Shown here: positions 48,293 to 58,197 of the stretch, in pieces
Position numbering within the stretch: position 1 is the stretch's first letter
Layout: each line of letters starts with the position of its first letter
Assembly (NCBI GenBank): GCA_963664395.2
Contig: OY761159.2
Span: forward strand, 2,816,001 to 2,880,000
DNA: 64,000 bases
Origin: Candidatus Binatia bacterium
GTDB taxonomy: Bacteria; Desulfobacterota; Binatia; Bin18
Direction: 5' to 3'
The notes under the pieces: generated by a model
Told to the model about the DNA's origin: nothing
Database searches by the model: none
Seen by the model: the letters and a program-made list of their open reading frames with translations, nothing else
Position numbers and translations under genes: made by a program

Positions 48293-48628
48293 CTAGTACA
48301 CCCCTAATTTCTGCTGTTCTCGGTCGTATGCCTCATTTATCCGTTTCCAATGGTGCGGACGGATGTTCAGTCCTATGGGCTGCTCGTCATCCCCAAACCA
48401 CCCTTTTACGCTTCGAGTCATTTTTGAATACAGAGACTCTTGCTCTTTTTTCCCCTTCTTCGTCTTGCGAGTTGACTGCCAGCCAAACTCACGTTTTACT
48501 TCGGCCCATACACCTTCATCTTGCTGCGTCAGGTGCGGACGGTACGGCAAGCGTTCCGTGTGCGAGACACACCCCAAGGAGAGGCTCACACCGAGCAGGA
48601 GAAAGACACATCCCTTCGCAATGTCCAT
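48293..48628 (-). CDS. Putative lipoprotein
   Basis: LLLGVSLSLGC lipobox-like. Confidence 0.5.
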   Translation of the reverse strand: MDIAKGCVFLLLGVSLSLGCVSHTERLPYRPHLTQQDEGVWAEVKREFGWQSTRKTKKGKKEQESLYSKMTRSVKGWFGDDEQPIGLNIRPHHWKRINEAYDREQQKLGVY

Positions 48629-48906
48629 GGTATGGCAGCCTACCACATGCATCATTACGGACAAACTCTACGCTGGACCAATTCATGCGGCGCTCGGTCT
48701 CCGGTCTTGTTTTAAGACATATCCCCTCCATTCTGGTGTTACTTTTTATGACACCGTGAACGGATATTATTGTCTCGTACGGCCCTATCTAGCTAATAAT
48801 ACTCACATTTATTTTCTCTCTGCTGCTGGCATGCTTTCTGCTCTCCTTCATGATGGACCAGGAAGACACACGGCATTGCCTTCCTGAGCAGACGGAAGGG
48901 AGAAAC

Positions 48907-49344
48907 ATGGCTACAGAAGGGCAATTTGCACCAGCGCTCGACGCGGACATCATCGTTCCCTCACAGTATTTTGATCGGGTTCGGTCCGAGGAATCTGCCC
49001 AGCCTGAGAAGCGTCTGATGCTCGCAGTCATGGAAAACGCGATTGCGACCTTCCAGAATTCGATTTCCGGCGCAACCCGCCGTCAACGCCGTCTCCTCAA
49101 AGAGACGGAAGAATGGATGTACTCAGGCGACATCAGTTGGCCATTCTCGTTTGAGAATATTTGTGCTTTGCTCGGTATTGAGGCCGATTATCTCCGCAAC
49201 GGGCTCGCCAAGTGGAAAAAGACACAGCTTACGCAGGATGGAACGCAGGGAGAAGCTGTAGCCCACTTCCCACTCCGACGCATGAGTGGCCGGCGCCACG
49301 CGTTGTCGACCTACACGTCCTCTGCGCAGGCGAGGGCGGCCTGA
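48907..49344 (+). CDS. Hypothetical protein
   Basis: PEKRLMLAVMENAI...WPFSFENICALLG; GGGAGA RBS. Confidence 0.75.
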   Translation: MATEGQFAPALDADIIVPSQYFDRVRSEESAQPEKRLMLAVMENAIATFQNSISGATRRQRRLLKETEEWMYSGDISWPFSFENICALLGIEADYLRNGLAKWKKTQLTQDGTQGEAVAHFPLRRMSGRRHALSTYTSSAQARAA

Positions 49345-49352
49345 AAGTCCGC

Positions 49353-50129
49353 TTACGAGGGAGCCGAGAGCTGAGTCCCCACTGAGTCCTCGGCTTCGTC
49401 CTCAAGAAAAGACGTGGACTGTCCGGCAGCCGCGTCGTACTGCTGCTGGGTTATCCGACCGCGCATCAACTCGACGCGCAGAAAAAGAAAATAGGTTTGG
49501 ATGACATCGGAGCGACAATAGCGGTGAATGTCGTCCAAACGTCCGTCCTCCCATAATTGCTGGACCATCGAGCCATCAATGCCGGTTTTCCCCGGCAGTC
49601 CGATCAGCTTGGCCAGGGCGTTAAAGCCACCCCGCAGACGGTGGACTCCGTAGTTGGTCAGAAAATCGTACAGATCATAGTGGCCTTCGTCAGAGAAACG
49701 GTAGCGGGCCTTCCCATTAAAGTAGCGGGGAATGCGGCAGCCATACTTGAGCGCTTGCAGCTCCAACACGGACAGGTCGAAACTACGCCCGTTGAAACTG
49801 ACCAGAGCGCCTGAGAAGCGTTCCTGCCGTTCCCAGAACGCTCGCACTAAGGCTTCCTCGGCCGTATCTGCTTGAACGGTGTCCGGAGCATGAATCGTCT
49901 CGACTGCTGTCAGCACGCGCTCTTCATTCACCTGCCCAACCGCGATGGAAATGGGCAGGTGAAAAGACAGCGGGAAAAAATCATTGCCCTGCTCTTCACG
50001 CAGGCGTTGTTGCATCCGGCGGTAGACATCGTCGTCCGACAGGCCCTCTTCTGCCGCCTGCGGGAAATAGACGGCCTGCACCAGACTCTTGTCTATGCGT
50101 GTCTCAATATCGAAAACAGTGTAACGCAT
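49353..50129 (-). CDS. PolB-like 3'-5' exonuclease domain protein
   Basis: VFDIET (ExoI), FNGRSFD (ExoII), YCRSD (ExoIII). Confidence 0.9.
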   Translation of the reverse strand: MRYTVFDIETRIDKSLVQAVYFPQAAEEGLSDDDVYRRMQQRLREEQGNDFFPLSFHLPISIAVGQVNEERVLTAVETIHAPDTVQADTAEEALVRAFWERQERFSGALVSFNGRSFDLSVLELQALKYGCRIPRYFNGKARYRFSDEGHYDLYDFLTNYGVHRLRGGFNALAKLIGLPGKTGIDGSMVQQLWEDGRLDDIHRYCRSDVIQTYFLFLRVELMRGRITQQQYDAAAGQSTSFLEDEAEDSVGTQLSAPS

Positions 50130-50196
50130 ACGAAAAACCCACTCCGTGCAATCCGCCGCCGGGCTCGCTCCGGAGAACCAAACCCGTGACTCCGCC

Positions 50197-51192
50197 TCAG
50201 GCGATAAAGCGGATGGTTGGTTCGTCCTCGACCCGCCGAACCTTGCCGTCGTACATAAGCAGGTGCAGATGGGCTAATGTCTCAAACGTGGCCGCAAACA
50301 CGTGGAAGATCGGCATGTCTGCATTCAAATCAAACACCTTTGACGCGACTTCGTAGGCAGAATGCGCTTTCCCGTGAATGATGTCGTGCATCTCATCCAA
50401 ACGGTATTTGTGATGCTGAATAATCTGCTTGGCACGGTAACGGTGATCCTTAAACACGCCACCGTGTGCCGGCAAAACGAGCTCAACGTCAAAGCCCTGA
50501 ATTTTCTCCTGGGAATCAAGAAAATCCTGTAAGGGATTGTCCGGCCCGGCGTAGTACACGCCAACGTGGGGCGTAATCTTGGGGAGGAGATGATCTCCCA
50601 CGATCATGACCTTATCCTCGGGCAAGTAGATACAGCAGTGGCCTTGAGTATGGCCAGGCGTCCATACTATCCGGAGCTCACGTTTCCCTACGTATACAGA
50701 TTCGCCGTCACGAATAAAATGATCTGGTTTGGCCGGCATATAGCGAGAGCCGTAAAAGCTGCCTGGGGTTGGAAGCTGCTCAGGGGAGTCTAACGGGATG
50801 CCGTGTTGCTGAAAAAAAGCGAACGCCTCAGGCAGGCGCTCGGTAGACTGCAGACGTTCGACTCGGGACAGTTCCAGTTCATTCAGGTAGACTTCAGCAC
50901 CGGTCAATTCCTGGTATGCCTGCGACGTGCCAAAGTGATCGGCATGATGGTGGGTCGAGATGAGGGTGCGGATAGATGCCGGCTGACAGCCGACTTCGGC
51001 GAGAGCGGATTTGAGCGTGGCAATGCTGTCTTCCGTGTGCATCCCGGTATCGATCAACGCCCATTCATCATCGTCTCTGACAAGATAGACATTGACAATG
51101 CTCGGACGCATCGGGAGCGGCAAAAACAGTTGGTATACGCCTGAGGCAACTTCGTGGATCTTCGTTTCGGTCTTCACTTCAGTGTGATTCAT
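50197..51192 (-). CDS. MBL-fold metallo-hydrolase
   Basis: THHHADH, TPGHTQGH, GDH, LPAHG. Confidence 0.93.
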   Translation of the reverse strand: MNHTEVKTETKIHEVASGVYQLFLPLPMRPSIVNVYLVRDDDEWALIDTGMHTEDSIATLKSALAEVGCQPASIRTLISTHHHADHFGTSQAYQELTGAEVYLNELELSRVERLQSTERLPEAFAFFQQHGIPLDSPEQLPTPGSFYGSRYMPAKPDHFIRDGESVYVGKRELRIVWTPGHTQGHCCIYLPEDKVMIVGDHLLPKITPHVGVYYAGPDNPLQDFLDSQEKIQGFDVELVLPAHGGVFKDHRYRAKQIIQHHKYRLDEMHDIIHGKAHSAYEVASKVFDLNADMPIFHVFAATFETLAHLHLLMYDGKVRRVEDEPTIRFIA

Positions 51193-51401
51193 TCGTGTAT
51201 GCTGTCCTTAATGGGAAACGTTGCTTTTATTTTCACCTTCCAGCGGGCTATCACTCCATCTTCGACAATCGCGGTAATGTCTGAGACCTGGACCTCGTAG
51301 ATGCCACTAATCGTGACGGCTGCCCGGGAGACGGCAAGGGATACCGCGTCTTCAATACTGGTTGACGACAGACCTGTCAGTTCAATCGTTTTCTCGACCA
51401 T
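51189..51401 (-). CDS. Dodecin family protein
   Basis: KTIELTG.S..SIEDAV..AV.RA...WKVKIKATF. Confidence 0.85.
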   Translation of the reverse strand: MVEKTIELTGLSSTSIEDAVSLAVSRAAVTISGIYEVQVSDITAIVEDGVIARWKVKIKATFPIKDSIHE

Positions 51402-51442
51402 ATGCCCTCCTTGTGTCGTACTCACTGCATGCTCACTGATAG

Positions 51443-52093
51443 TTAGCGCTCCACGGCAGAGCGCGCTGCATCAACCGGACGACATGCTGCTGTGCGGACC
51501 GAAGGCGTATGCGCCTCGGGCGCGTGGAGTCGGCTCCGGAGCATCTTTTTGAAGCGTGCAAGCAGATGGGGTGCATTGATGCCACTTTGTACATCAACAA
51601 GTTGCTGGATAAGTAATCCGTTCAACATTGCCATAATCAAGGCCGCGTCTTCAGCCGGCTGAATATCAGGCACAAAGACCTTCGTTTTTCGGCCCTGATT
51701 CAGAATAGAGGTCAGAAGCTGCTGATACACGCGGTAGAGGTCGCTGACACGGTCAACAACCTCTTTTGCGTTCTCGTCCTCACGGACGACCTGGCCCAGG
51801 ACAAATTTGACTGACGATAAATGGTCAGTGATAAATCCGTAATAATCATCAATCAGTTTTTCAAATTGTTCCTGTTCACTCAGCCCATGCAAGCCGGTAT
51901 CATCGATAGAATACGGAGACAGGAAGTTCTGTAGGGCAGTACGAAAGAGGTCATCCTTGCTGTTGAAATGCCACAGGATGAGTGCTTTACTAACCTCCGC
52001 AGACCGGGCAACTTGAGCCAATGAGGTATCGGCATACCCCTGTGTGGCAAACAGCCGTCCGGCAACGTCGAGAATTTTCTCGCGCGTCTTCAC
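51443..52093 (-). CDS. TetR family regulator
   Basis: REKILDVA..LF...GY..TS...VA....VSKALILWHF.SK; GTG start assumed. Confidence 0.9.
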   Translation of the reverse strand: MKTREKILDVAGRLFATQGYADTSLAQVARSAEVSKALILWHFNSKDDLFRTALQNFLSPYSIDDTGLHGLSEQEQFEKLIDDYYGFITDHLSSVKFVLGQVVREDENAKEVVDRVSDLYRVYQQLLTSILNQGRKTKVFVPDIQPAEDAALIMAMLNGLLIQQLVDVQSGINAPHLLARFKKMLRSRLHAPEAHTPSVRTAACRPVDAARSAVER

Positions 52094-52188
52094 ACAGGCA
52101 CGGTAAGTAAAAAGTGTGAGACTGTCAAACACGCCGGAGTAACGGCCTCACACCAACCGAAAAAAAGAAAAGGACATCTTTCACCTGT

Positions 52189-53664
52189 ATGCGTGACAGC
52201 GGCCTTCGTTTGAGCATCCTCGTCTTGGTTCTGAGCAGTGTGCTCCGCGGGACGGTGCTCTGGTCTCCGCCCTCCGCACCTGTCCCACCTTCTCCCGCTG
52301 CCGTTCAAGCCCTTCACATTCAGCGTCCAACAGTCGCCGATATCCAACAACGGGGCGTGCTCACGGTGCTCATGCACCATGATGCAGCTTCCTATTTTCT
52401 CTACCGTGGTGAGGAACATGGGTTTGAATATGAGCTGGCGCTCGGGTTTGCGCAGCAGCTCGGTGTCACACTCCAGGTCCGGACCCCTCCCCCAGGCGTT
52501 GCTCTCACGCACTGGCTCGTTGAGGGCAACGGCGATATTGCAGCCGGTGTTATTGTCACAGCCGGTGGCTCGTCCGCTCGTGTCCGGTACTCTCACCCCT
52601 ATATTGCTACGGATATCCAGATCGTTACCCATGCAGACCATCCTCATATGCCGTCGCTGCCTCACAATGCCGACCAAGGTCCACAAGATGCGCTGCCTGC
52701 AAGCTCCGTTCCTCCTGCCGCGTCCGTTCGCCCTGACATTGTACTGAAAGATGCTCCGGCTCCCCTCCGGCAGGCCCTGCTGTCTGGTGGCTTATCCGGT
52801 CTCACCTTATCGGCAACGATGAAAAAGCAGGCCCTCTTTGCTCCAGCCCTGACACCAGTCGTAGAGCTCGTACATACTGTCTATCCAGAGACACTGCGTA
52901 GTGTGTATACCCTCCCGGAGTCGGCCCGAATAGGCTGGGCGGTCCGGCCGGAACAATTGGAACTCTTAGCCGCGGTGAATCAGTATCACGCCCAAACGAA
53001 GCGTTCCGGTCTACGGAAAATTTTGTACGAAAAATACTTTACAACCACCCGTTTTCTCCGTTCGGACGAATCAACCGTATTCTCCAACCGTTTGTCGCAG
53101 TACGACCCCCTCATCGCGCGGTATGCTGAGCAGGCCGGCTTTGATTGGCGTCTTATCGCGGCTCTTATTTTTGAGGAATCACGTTTTGACCCGAAGCGGA
53201 CGAGTCGGCGGGGCGCGCAGGGCCTCATGCAAGTCACGGATATTGCCGCGCGTGAGGTTGGAGTGAAAAATTTTCGCACCCCGCACGGCAACCTTGAAGC
53301 GGGGGTCAAATATCTACAATTTCTTCTTAAACAATTTCCTGACGGACGGGCCCAGGATCGTCTCGCCTTTGCCCTGAGTGGATATCTGCTCGGCCCGAGT
53401 CGCGTCAGAGCAGCCCAACGGCTCGCCCAAGTACTTGGCTACGACCCGCATTGTTGGCAAGACTCCGTTGAGCACGTTTTCCCCCTCTTGGAAGACTCCC
53501 AGTATTATCGGCAGATTGGCGCCGATTTTGTCCCCGGCAGTGCGGCAGTGCGGTATGCGAATGCCATTCTCAAGCGCTATGAATTATATACGCGCTATAT
53601 CCCGCGGGTGCTACCTGCTGCTGATAATGCAGCACTTCAGTCGGCACGGGCCACTAACCACTGA
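52189..53664 (+). CDS. MltF-like protein (substrate-binding + SLT domain)
   Basis: GFEYELA; DWRLIAALIFEESRF, GAQGLMQ. Confidence 0.82.
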   Translation: MRDSGLRLSILVLVLSSVLRGTVLWSPPSAPVPPSPAAVQALHIQRPTVADIQQRGVLTVLMHHDAASYFLYRGEEHGFEYELALGFAQQLGVTLQVRTPPPGVALTHWLVEGNGDIAAGVIVTAGGSSARVRYSHPYIATDIQIVTHADHPHMPSLPHNADQGPQDALPASSVPPAASVRPDIVLKDAPAPLRQALLSGGLSGLTLSATMKKQALFAPALTPVVELVHTVYPETLRSVYTLPESARIGWAVRPEQLELLAAVNQYHAQTKRSGLRKILYEKYFTTTRFLRSDESTVFSNRLSQYDPLIARYAEQAGFDWRLIAALIFEESRFDPKRTSRRGAQGLMQVTDIAAREVGVKNFRTPHGNLEAGVKYLQFLLKQFPDGRAQDRLAFALSGYLLGPSRVRAAQRLAQVLGYDPHCWQDSVEHVFPLLEDSQYYRQIGADFVPGSAAVRYANAILKRYELYTRYIPRVLPAADNAALQSARATNH

Positions 53665-53764
53665 AGACCTTCCATAAAATCACGCTTGTTAATGCGAGGT
53701 TAAACCCGGCCATCCATTTAATCACCATGAGTGGAGACGCGCTCGGCTGCCGCCTATCCACCCC

Positions 53765-54682
53765 TCACGTGACGTGATTGTTGAAGCGGTCGTTGACCTC
53801 TCGATGAATATAGAAAATGGCTCTCCCGATTTGATCCGCGGTCCAGGTAATGCACGGGAAGTCGGCATAGGTTATATACCCACCTGAGAAGACTTCATTC
53901 CGATTGCCGTTCGGCCCTAAGAAATAAATCGTTGTGCCGCGGGTAATCCCATGCCGAGCCGGGCCGAAATCGATATCCACATTGTTCCGCCCCAGGATAT
54001 CGCCGGCCCGCAAGATGTCATTCCAGCTATCCAGCCAGAAGGCGAAGTGGTGCAGCTTCCCGTTTGGGCCTTTGACAAACGCAATGTCGTGCGCCTTGTT
54101 CGAGCAAAACAGAAACGCCCCCAGGAGTTCTTCGTTATTGGGATCAGGGATAATCCGCTCGCTCATCCGAAAGCCCAGGACCTGGGTGAAAAAATCCACG
54201 TTGGTCTGCACATCGGCGGCCGTCAATAACAGGTGGTCCAACCGGTCCGGCCCGATGCTGCCGGCCGGCTTGTCCCTCGGCCAGGGGTCCGGGTTAAGCA
54301 CGCCCACCTGCGTGCCGCTCTGCTCCGCTTCAGCGTACAGTTCCAACACATGCTCGGACGGGAGCGTACAGCGCAGCGCTTGTCCGATACCCAGATTCTC
54401 ACCCGCCGAGACCCGGCTGACGCTGAGACCGAACTGCTCCGCTCCTTTCTCAATCCGGGCCAAGTCGTCGTGCGTAGCGACTTTATAGCCCATCTTCACC
54501 AAGCCCAGTCCACCATTTTCAACGACTAGGCTGTGGTGGTCATATTCGTCCCAACATTTGAAATAATGTTTTCCATCCTGGCGGGCGACTTCCTGTAGCC
54601 CCAAGACATTGGTGTAGTAGTCAACCGCTTTCTCCAGGTCCGATTCGCGGGTATGCACATACCCGAGTCGCATCACACTCAT
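53765..54682 (-). CDS. xylE: Catechol 2,3-dioxygenase
   Basis: VMRLGYV, CWDEYDHHS, LDHLLL, KAHDIAF, LHHFAF, RHGITRG.TIYF..P.GNRNE. Confidence 0.93.
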   Translation of the reverse strand: MSVMRLGYVHTRESDLEKAVDYYTNVLGLQEVARQDGKHYFKCWDEYDHHSLVVENGGLGLVKMGYKVATHDDLARIEKGAEQFGLSVSRVSAGENLGIGQALRCTLPSEHVLELYAEAEQSGTQVGVLNPDPWPRDKPAGSIGPDRLDHLLLTAADVQTNVDFFTQVLGFRMSERIIPDPNNEELLGAFLFCSNKAHDIAFVKGPNGKLHHFAFWLDSWNDILRAGDILGRNNVDIDFGPARHGITRGTTIYFLGPNGNRNEVFSGGYITYADFPCITWTADQIGRAIFYIHREVNDRFNNHVT

Positions 54683-55043
54683 AGGTCTCTCTCCTGCGTC
54701 GTATTCATCTCAGCTTTACATCGCTCATCTCGTACTGTCTAGGGTCAGGCCGCATGAATTGCTCCAGAAGAGGATGGGGGCCGCGAGGCAGAGGGCAGAG
54801 AAGACCGGGTGGGCACGGCGGTCAGAGCGGGTGGCACGGGGGGCAGGCAAGGGCGGATGCCGCGCCCGGTCAGGGCTGCGGGGCAGGAACGGGAGCAGCA
54901 CGGCGGCGCCCGGATGGTCGCTCCGTTGGCCTTCGGTCAGGCGCAGGACTCGGGGACGGCCTGCGCCGTCACACCCGGCGGGGAGTGTGGAGTTCCCCCC
55001 GCCCTCCCAGGAGATACGCTTCCGTCTCCATGGTGGCATCCGA

Positions 55044-56333
55044 TCAGACGATTGTCCTGGCTCCCATATTCCAGCAGGCAAAGGAACCCGGTGCGATGGC
55101 CTGTGGAGTAAAGGGCGGCGTGAGAGGCAGAGTATAGACCGTGGGAGAGGTCGTGGTACGCGTTGCAGCCGGTCCGGGAATATGGCCGGTAAAGGTCAGC
55201 ATTGTCCCATCCGGGGCGAGCAAGGGGTGAGAGCCGGTATACTGGTCAAAAAATGAAAACTGGAGCGTTTGTTCTCTGCTCGGCAGAAATCGGACCAGTT
55301 CCAGGCTTTCTCCCGTCAGCCGGTCATACCGATGCCACCTGAGCTGGCTGTGGTGTGTGTCTACACTCAGATAGAACAGACTGGTCCCCTGTGGAGCCCA
55401 CAGAAATCCTGCGACTGGCGTTTCGAGGAGGAGCGTGCTCCGACCAGTGGATAGGTCGAGCATATGCAGAGAGGGAAAGAGCAGAGAGCCCTGACGTTGT
55501 GTACTGCCAAAGGCCAGGGCCTGTCCGTCCGGTGACCACAGGGCGGAAGTCATACCGCTTGTGTGGCTAATGGGAGCGCTCTCTCCACTCTGGATATCGA
55601 AAAGCCGCAAGGTCTGGACGCCATCTGCATTCCGCTCCACATAGGTGAGTAAATCGCCGTCCGGGGACCAGACAGGAACGCGGAATGTCCCCGGACTGAC
55701 ACTGATCTCCCGTACGATGTCTCCTGTTGTGGTCTCAAGCAGCACAACCCGCCCGGCAGTTGCGTTGTCGCCTGCGTGCGCTGCCACAAGCTGCCCCTGC
55801 GGAGCCCACGACCAAAAGAGCGGCGCGCCGGTGAGCAGGGTGTTCGTCTTACCGGGCTGGGCCATGACAATCGTTTCCAGCGAAAGCTGGCGGTCTCCAC
55901 GCTGCACCAGGACGGTAAACATGTCAGCCTGTGGCGACCAGTTGCCATAAATAGGAGTTCCCTGCCCCAGGCCGGCCCGTTCCCAGGATTCAACGCCATC
56001 GGCTGAAACCGTATACACACTCGTCGGCCCGCCCTCACCGTGCCGGGCAAAGCAGGCGAGCTGTTCACTATCAGGCGACCAGGTCGGCCAGGTATAGGTC
56101 ATGGGGGGTGGGGCAGGCTGCGCCTCGGTAGGGTCCTGAGGAGCCTGAGGGTTCTGCCGCGTATGCTGAGCTTGCCAACTCCAAGTGAGTTGGTGGGCCG
56201 TGTCTGACGGGAAGCGGCGCACAAAAATTTGCCCGTCCGGCCCAATATAAGCAAGCTGGATAGGTTGAGTAGCACGAGAAGCGTTGGAAGGGCCAGACTG
56301 ACCGTGCTGACCCGGCGGACGGCTTTCACTCAC
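55044..56333 (-). CDS. TolB-like beta-propeller protein
   Basis: Repeated WSPD/WAPQ motifs. Confidence 0.8.
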   Translation of the reverse strand: MSESRPPGQHGQSGPSNASRATQPIQLAYIGPDGQIFVRRFPSDTAHQLTWSWQAQHTRQNPQAPQDPTEAQPAPPPMTYTWPTWSPDSEQLACFARHGEGGPTSVYTVSADGVESWERAGLGQGTPIYGNWSPQADMFTVLVQRGDRQLSLETIVMAQPGKTNTLLTGAPLFWSWAPQGQLVAAHAGDNATAGRVVLLETTTGDIVREISVSPGTFRVPVWSPDGDLLTYVERNADGVQTLRLFDIQSGESAPISHTSGMTSALWSPDGQALAFGSTQRQGSLLFPSLHMLDLSTGRSTLLLETPVAGFLWAPQGTSLFYLSVDTHHSQLRWHRYDRLTGESLELVRFLPSREQTLQFSFFDQYTGSHPLLAPDGTMLTFTGHIPGPAATRTTTSPTVYTLPLTPPFTPQAIAPGSFACWNMGARTIV

Positions 56334-57024
56334 GCTTGGCTCCCTCTAAAATCAGGATGGGCTTCTTCTGGCCTCGTTTTCGTCTCAGGAGGATATACAT
56401 AGCACCGGGTCCGCCATCATGGATACGTGCGCTGGAAAAGGCTAATATCATTTTGGCCAACCGGCCTCGGGTGAGCCACTGTTTCAGCTTATCCTTGAGG
56501 ATCGGGAATTGCCCAGGCGAGTTTTTGCCGCGTCCATGAATGATGAGGACGCAGCGGACGCCAGCCTGGGTGGCCTGACTGAGAAACTGCTCCAGCTCGG
56601 GCTTGGCCTCATCGGTCTTCATGCCATGTAAGTCCAAGGCCGCTTGGCGAGCAAATTTTCCTTGTCTGAGCTTCTGGACCAAACGCGTATCAAGGCCAAC
56701 GACACAGCCCTCGACATACTCGTCGGTATCCGTGACATCAAAGTCACTCCGCCCGGCGACGAGGTCATACAACTCGGTAATGGCTTCGTTCTCACTTTCC
56801 TGCAGAGAACGGCGGGTGACGGCGGGTGGCGGATTGCTGACACGCGAGTCCTGCTTGAGTCGGGTGACATCTCGCATTTCCCGCTGGAAAAGGTCCTCGG
56901 GGCTTTCCTCATTATTTCCAGCGGGATTGGGGGTACTCCGCGGCAAAGCCGATGCGGCTCGCTCCGCTATGGATGGCTTGACCGTCTTTTTGAGTTGGCG
57001 AAAAGGCGTATTGAAGCCCGCCAT
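56326..57024 (-). CDS. Smr domain protein
   Basis: LDLHG, IIHGRG, HDGGPGA. Confidence 0.92.
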   Translation of the reverse strand: MAGFNTPFRQLKKTVKPSIAERAASALPRSTPNPAGNNEESPEDLFQREMRDVTRLKQDSRVSNPPPAVTRRSLQESENEAITELYDLVAGRSDFDVTDTDEYVEGCVVGLDTRLVQKLRQGKFARQAALDLHGMKTDEAKPELEQFLSQATQAGVRCVLIIHGRGKNSPGQFPILKDKLKQWLTRGRLAKMILAFSSARIHDGGPGAMYILLRRKRGQKKPILILEGAKRE

Positions 57025-57130
57025 GGCTCTGCATGCTACACGGGAAACAGCCTGAGGACAAGCAACCGGGGGGGGCGAGACAACACGATTCGTTGCCTGC
57101 CCCGATTGCCTGTGTGTATAATTACAGGCT

Positions 57131-57919
57131 ATGCGGGGGCGGAGGTGGCAGGTGTGGATGCTGATGAGTATCTTGGCTGGATGCAGCGCTTCGCCGCGGC
57201 CCGTTCAGACCGCTCGGTTTTTTCCCGCCGCTCCTGTAGATACCCCTCTCCAGCCTGCACCTGAGTCCCCGACAGAGCTAAAGAACATGTCCGCCTCGCC
57301 GCCATCCGAGCAGAGAACCGAGGCACAATTTGAACCACGGCTTGTGGTTCGTTCTGCCCGCTCTGTGCAGACCGGAATCGCCTCATGGTATGGGCCGGGA
57401 TTTCATGGCAAGCGAACGGCAAACGGGGAAACCTATAATCAGTACGCCCTGACTGCGGCCCACCGCAGCCTGCCTCTGGGAACCCGTGTGATAGTGACAA
57501 ACATTGAGAGTGGACAGGCGGTTGAAGTCCGCATCAACGACCGCGGCCCATTTGTGAAAGGCCGTATTATCGACTTATCTTTTGCTGCGGCAAAAAGTAT
57601 TGGCGTGTATACCCCAGGGACCGCTCCGGTTCGAGTCGAGGTCCTCTCCGCTCCGACCCCTCGACTCTCTGTCCTATATGCCGTCCAAGTTGGAGCTTAC
57701 ACCGATGCGGACAAAGCCTCTGCCTTGAAGCACTTTTTAACAAAGCGGTTCTCGCCAGTGTATATCAGTCTGTTGTCAACCGGACGGTTTCGATACTATC
57801 AGGTGCGCCTCGGACCGTTCACTGCCCGCCCGCACGCCGAACACCAAGCGCGCTTCGTTGCCCAGGCTGGCCTGCAAGGCCTTGTGGTAGAAGAAGATGA
57901 TCGCTGGGCTGAGTGGTAA
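57131..57919 (+). CDS. rlpA: Septal ring lytic transglycosylase RlpA (DPBB + SPOR)
   Basis: Lipobox LAGC, ASWYG..FHG, TAAHRSLP, NDRGPF, SPOR VQVGAY. Confidence 0.93.
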   Translation: MRGRRWQVWMLMSILAGCSASPRPVQTARFFPAAPVDTPLQPAPESPTELKNMSASPPSEQRTEAQFEPRLVVRSARSVQTGIASWYGPGFHGKRTANGETYNQYALTAAHRSLPLGTRVIVTNIESGQAVEVRINDRGPFVKGRIIDLSFAAAKSIGVYTPGTAPVRVEVLSAPTPRLSVLYAVQVGAYTDADKASALKHFLTKRFSPVYISLLSTGRFRYYQVRLGPFTARPHAEHQARFVAQAGLQGLVVEEDDRWAEW

Positions 57920-57939
57920 ATGGTCCGTTGCGACTCTCG

Positions 57940-58197
57940 TCACCGCTCGCTAGGCAGAGGGCGGCTCAGACGACGGCGCAGGGCTCCGGCGGTGAGCCGA
58001 TATTTGAATGCCTTCCGGCCGTTGACAAAAAGCACGGGAATGTTCTGGCCAAAGCGGGCTTCGAGTTCCGGCCGGGTTGAAATATCGATTTCTGTCAAGG
58101 TGAAGGCTGTGTCGGTCCGGACTTTAGCCACAATCGCTTTCATGTCTTCACACAAACAGCAGCCAGGACGAGAATATAACGTCACCGAGATCGTCAT
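57940..58197 (-). CDS. Glutaredoxin-like protein (DUF836)
   Basis: LYSRPGCCLC, IPVL. Confidence 0.85.
   Translation of the reverse strand: MTISVTLYSRPGCCLCEDMKAIVAKVRTDTAFTLTEIDISTRPELEARFGQNIPVLFVNGRKAFKYRLTAGALRRRLSRPLPSER

Noticed and set aside
54725-55081. ORFs in the GC-rich gap upstream of xylE
   Set aside because: Low-complexity translations in all frames with no recognisable motif.
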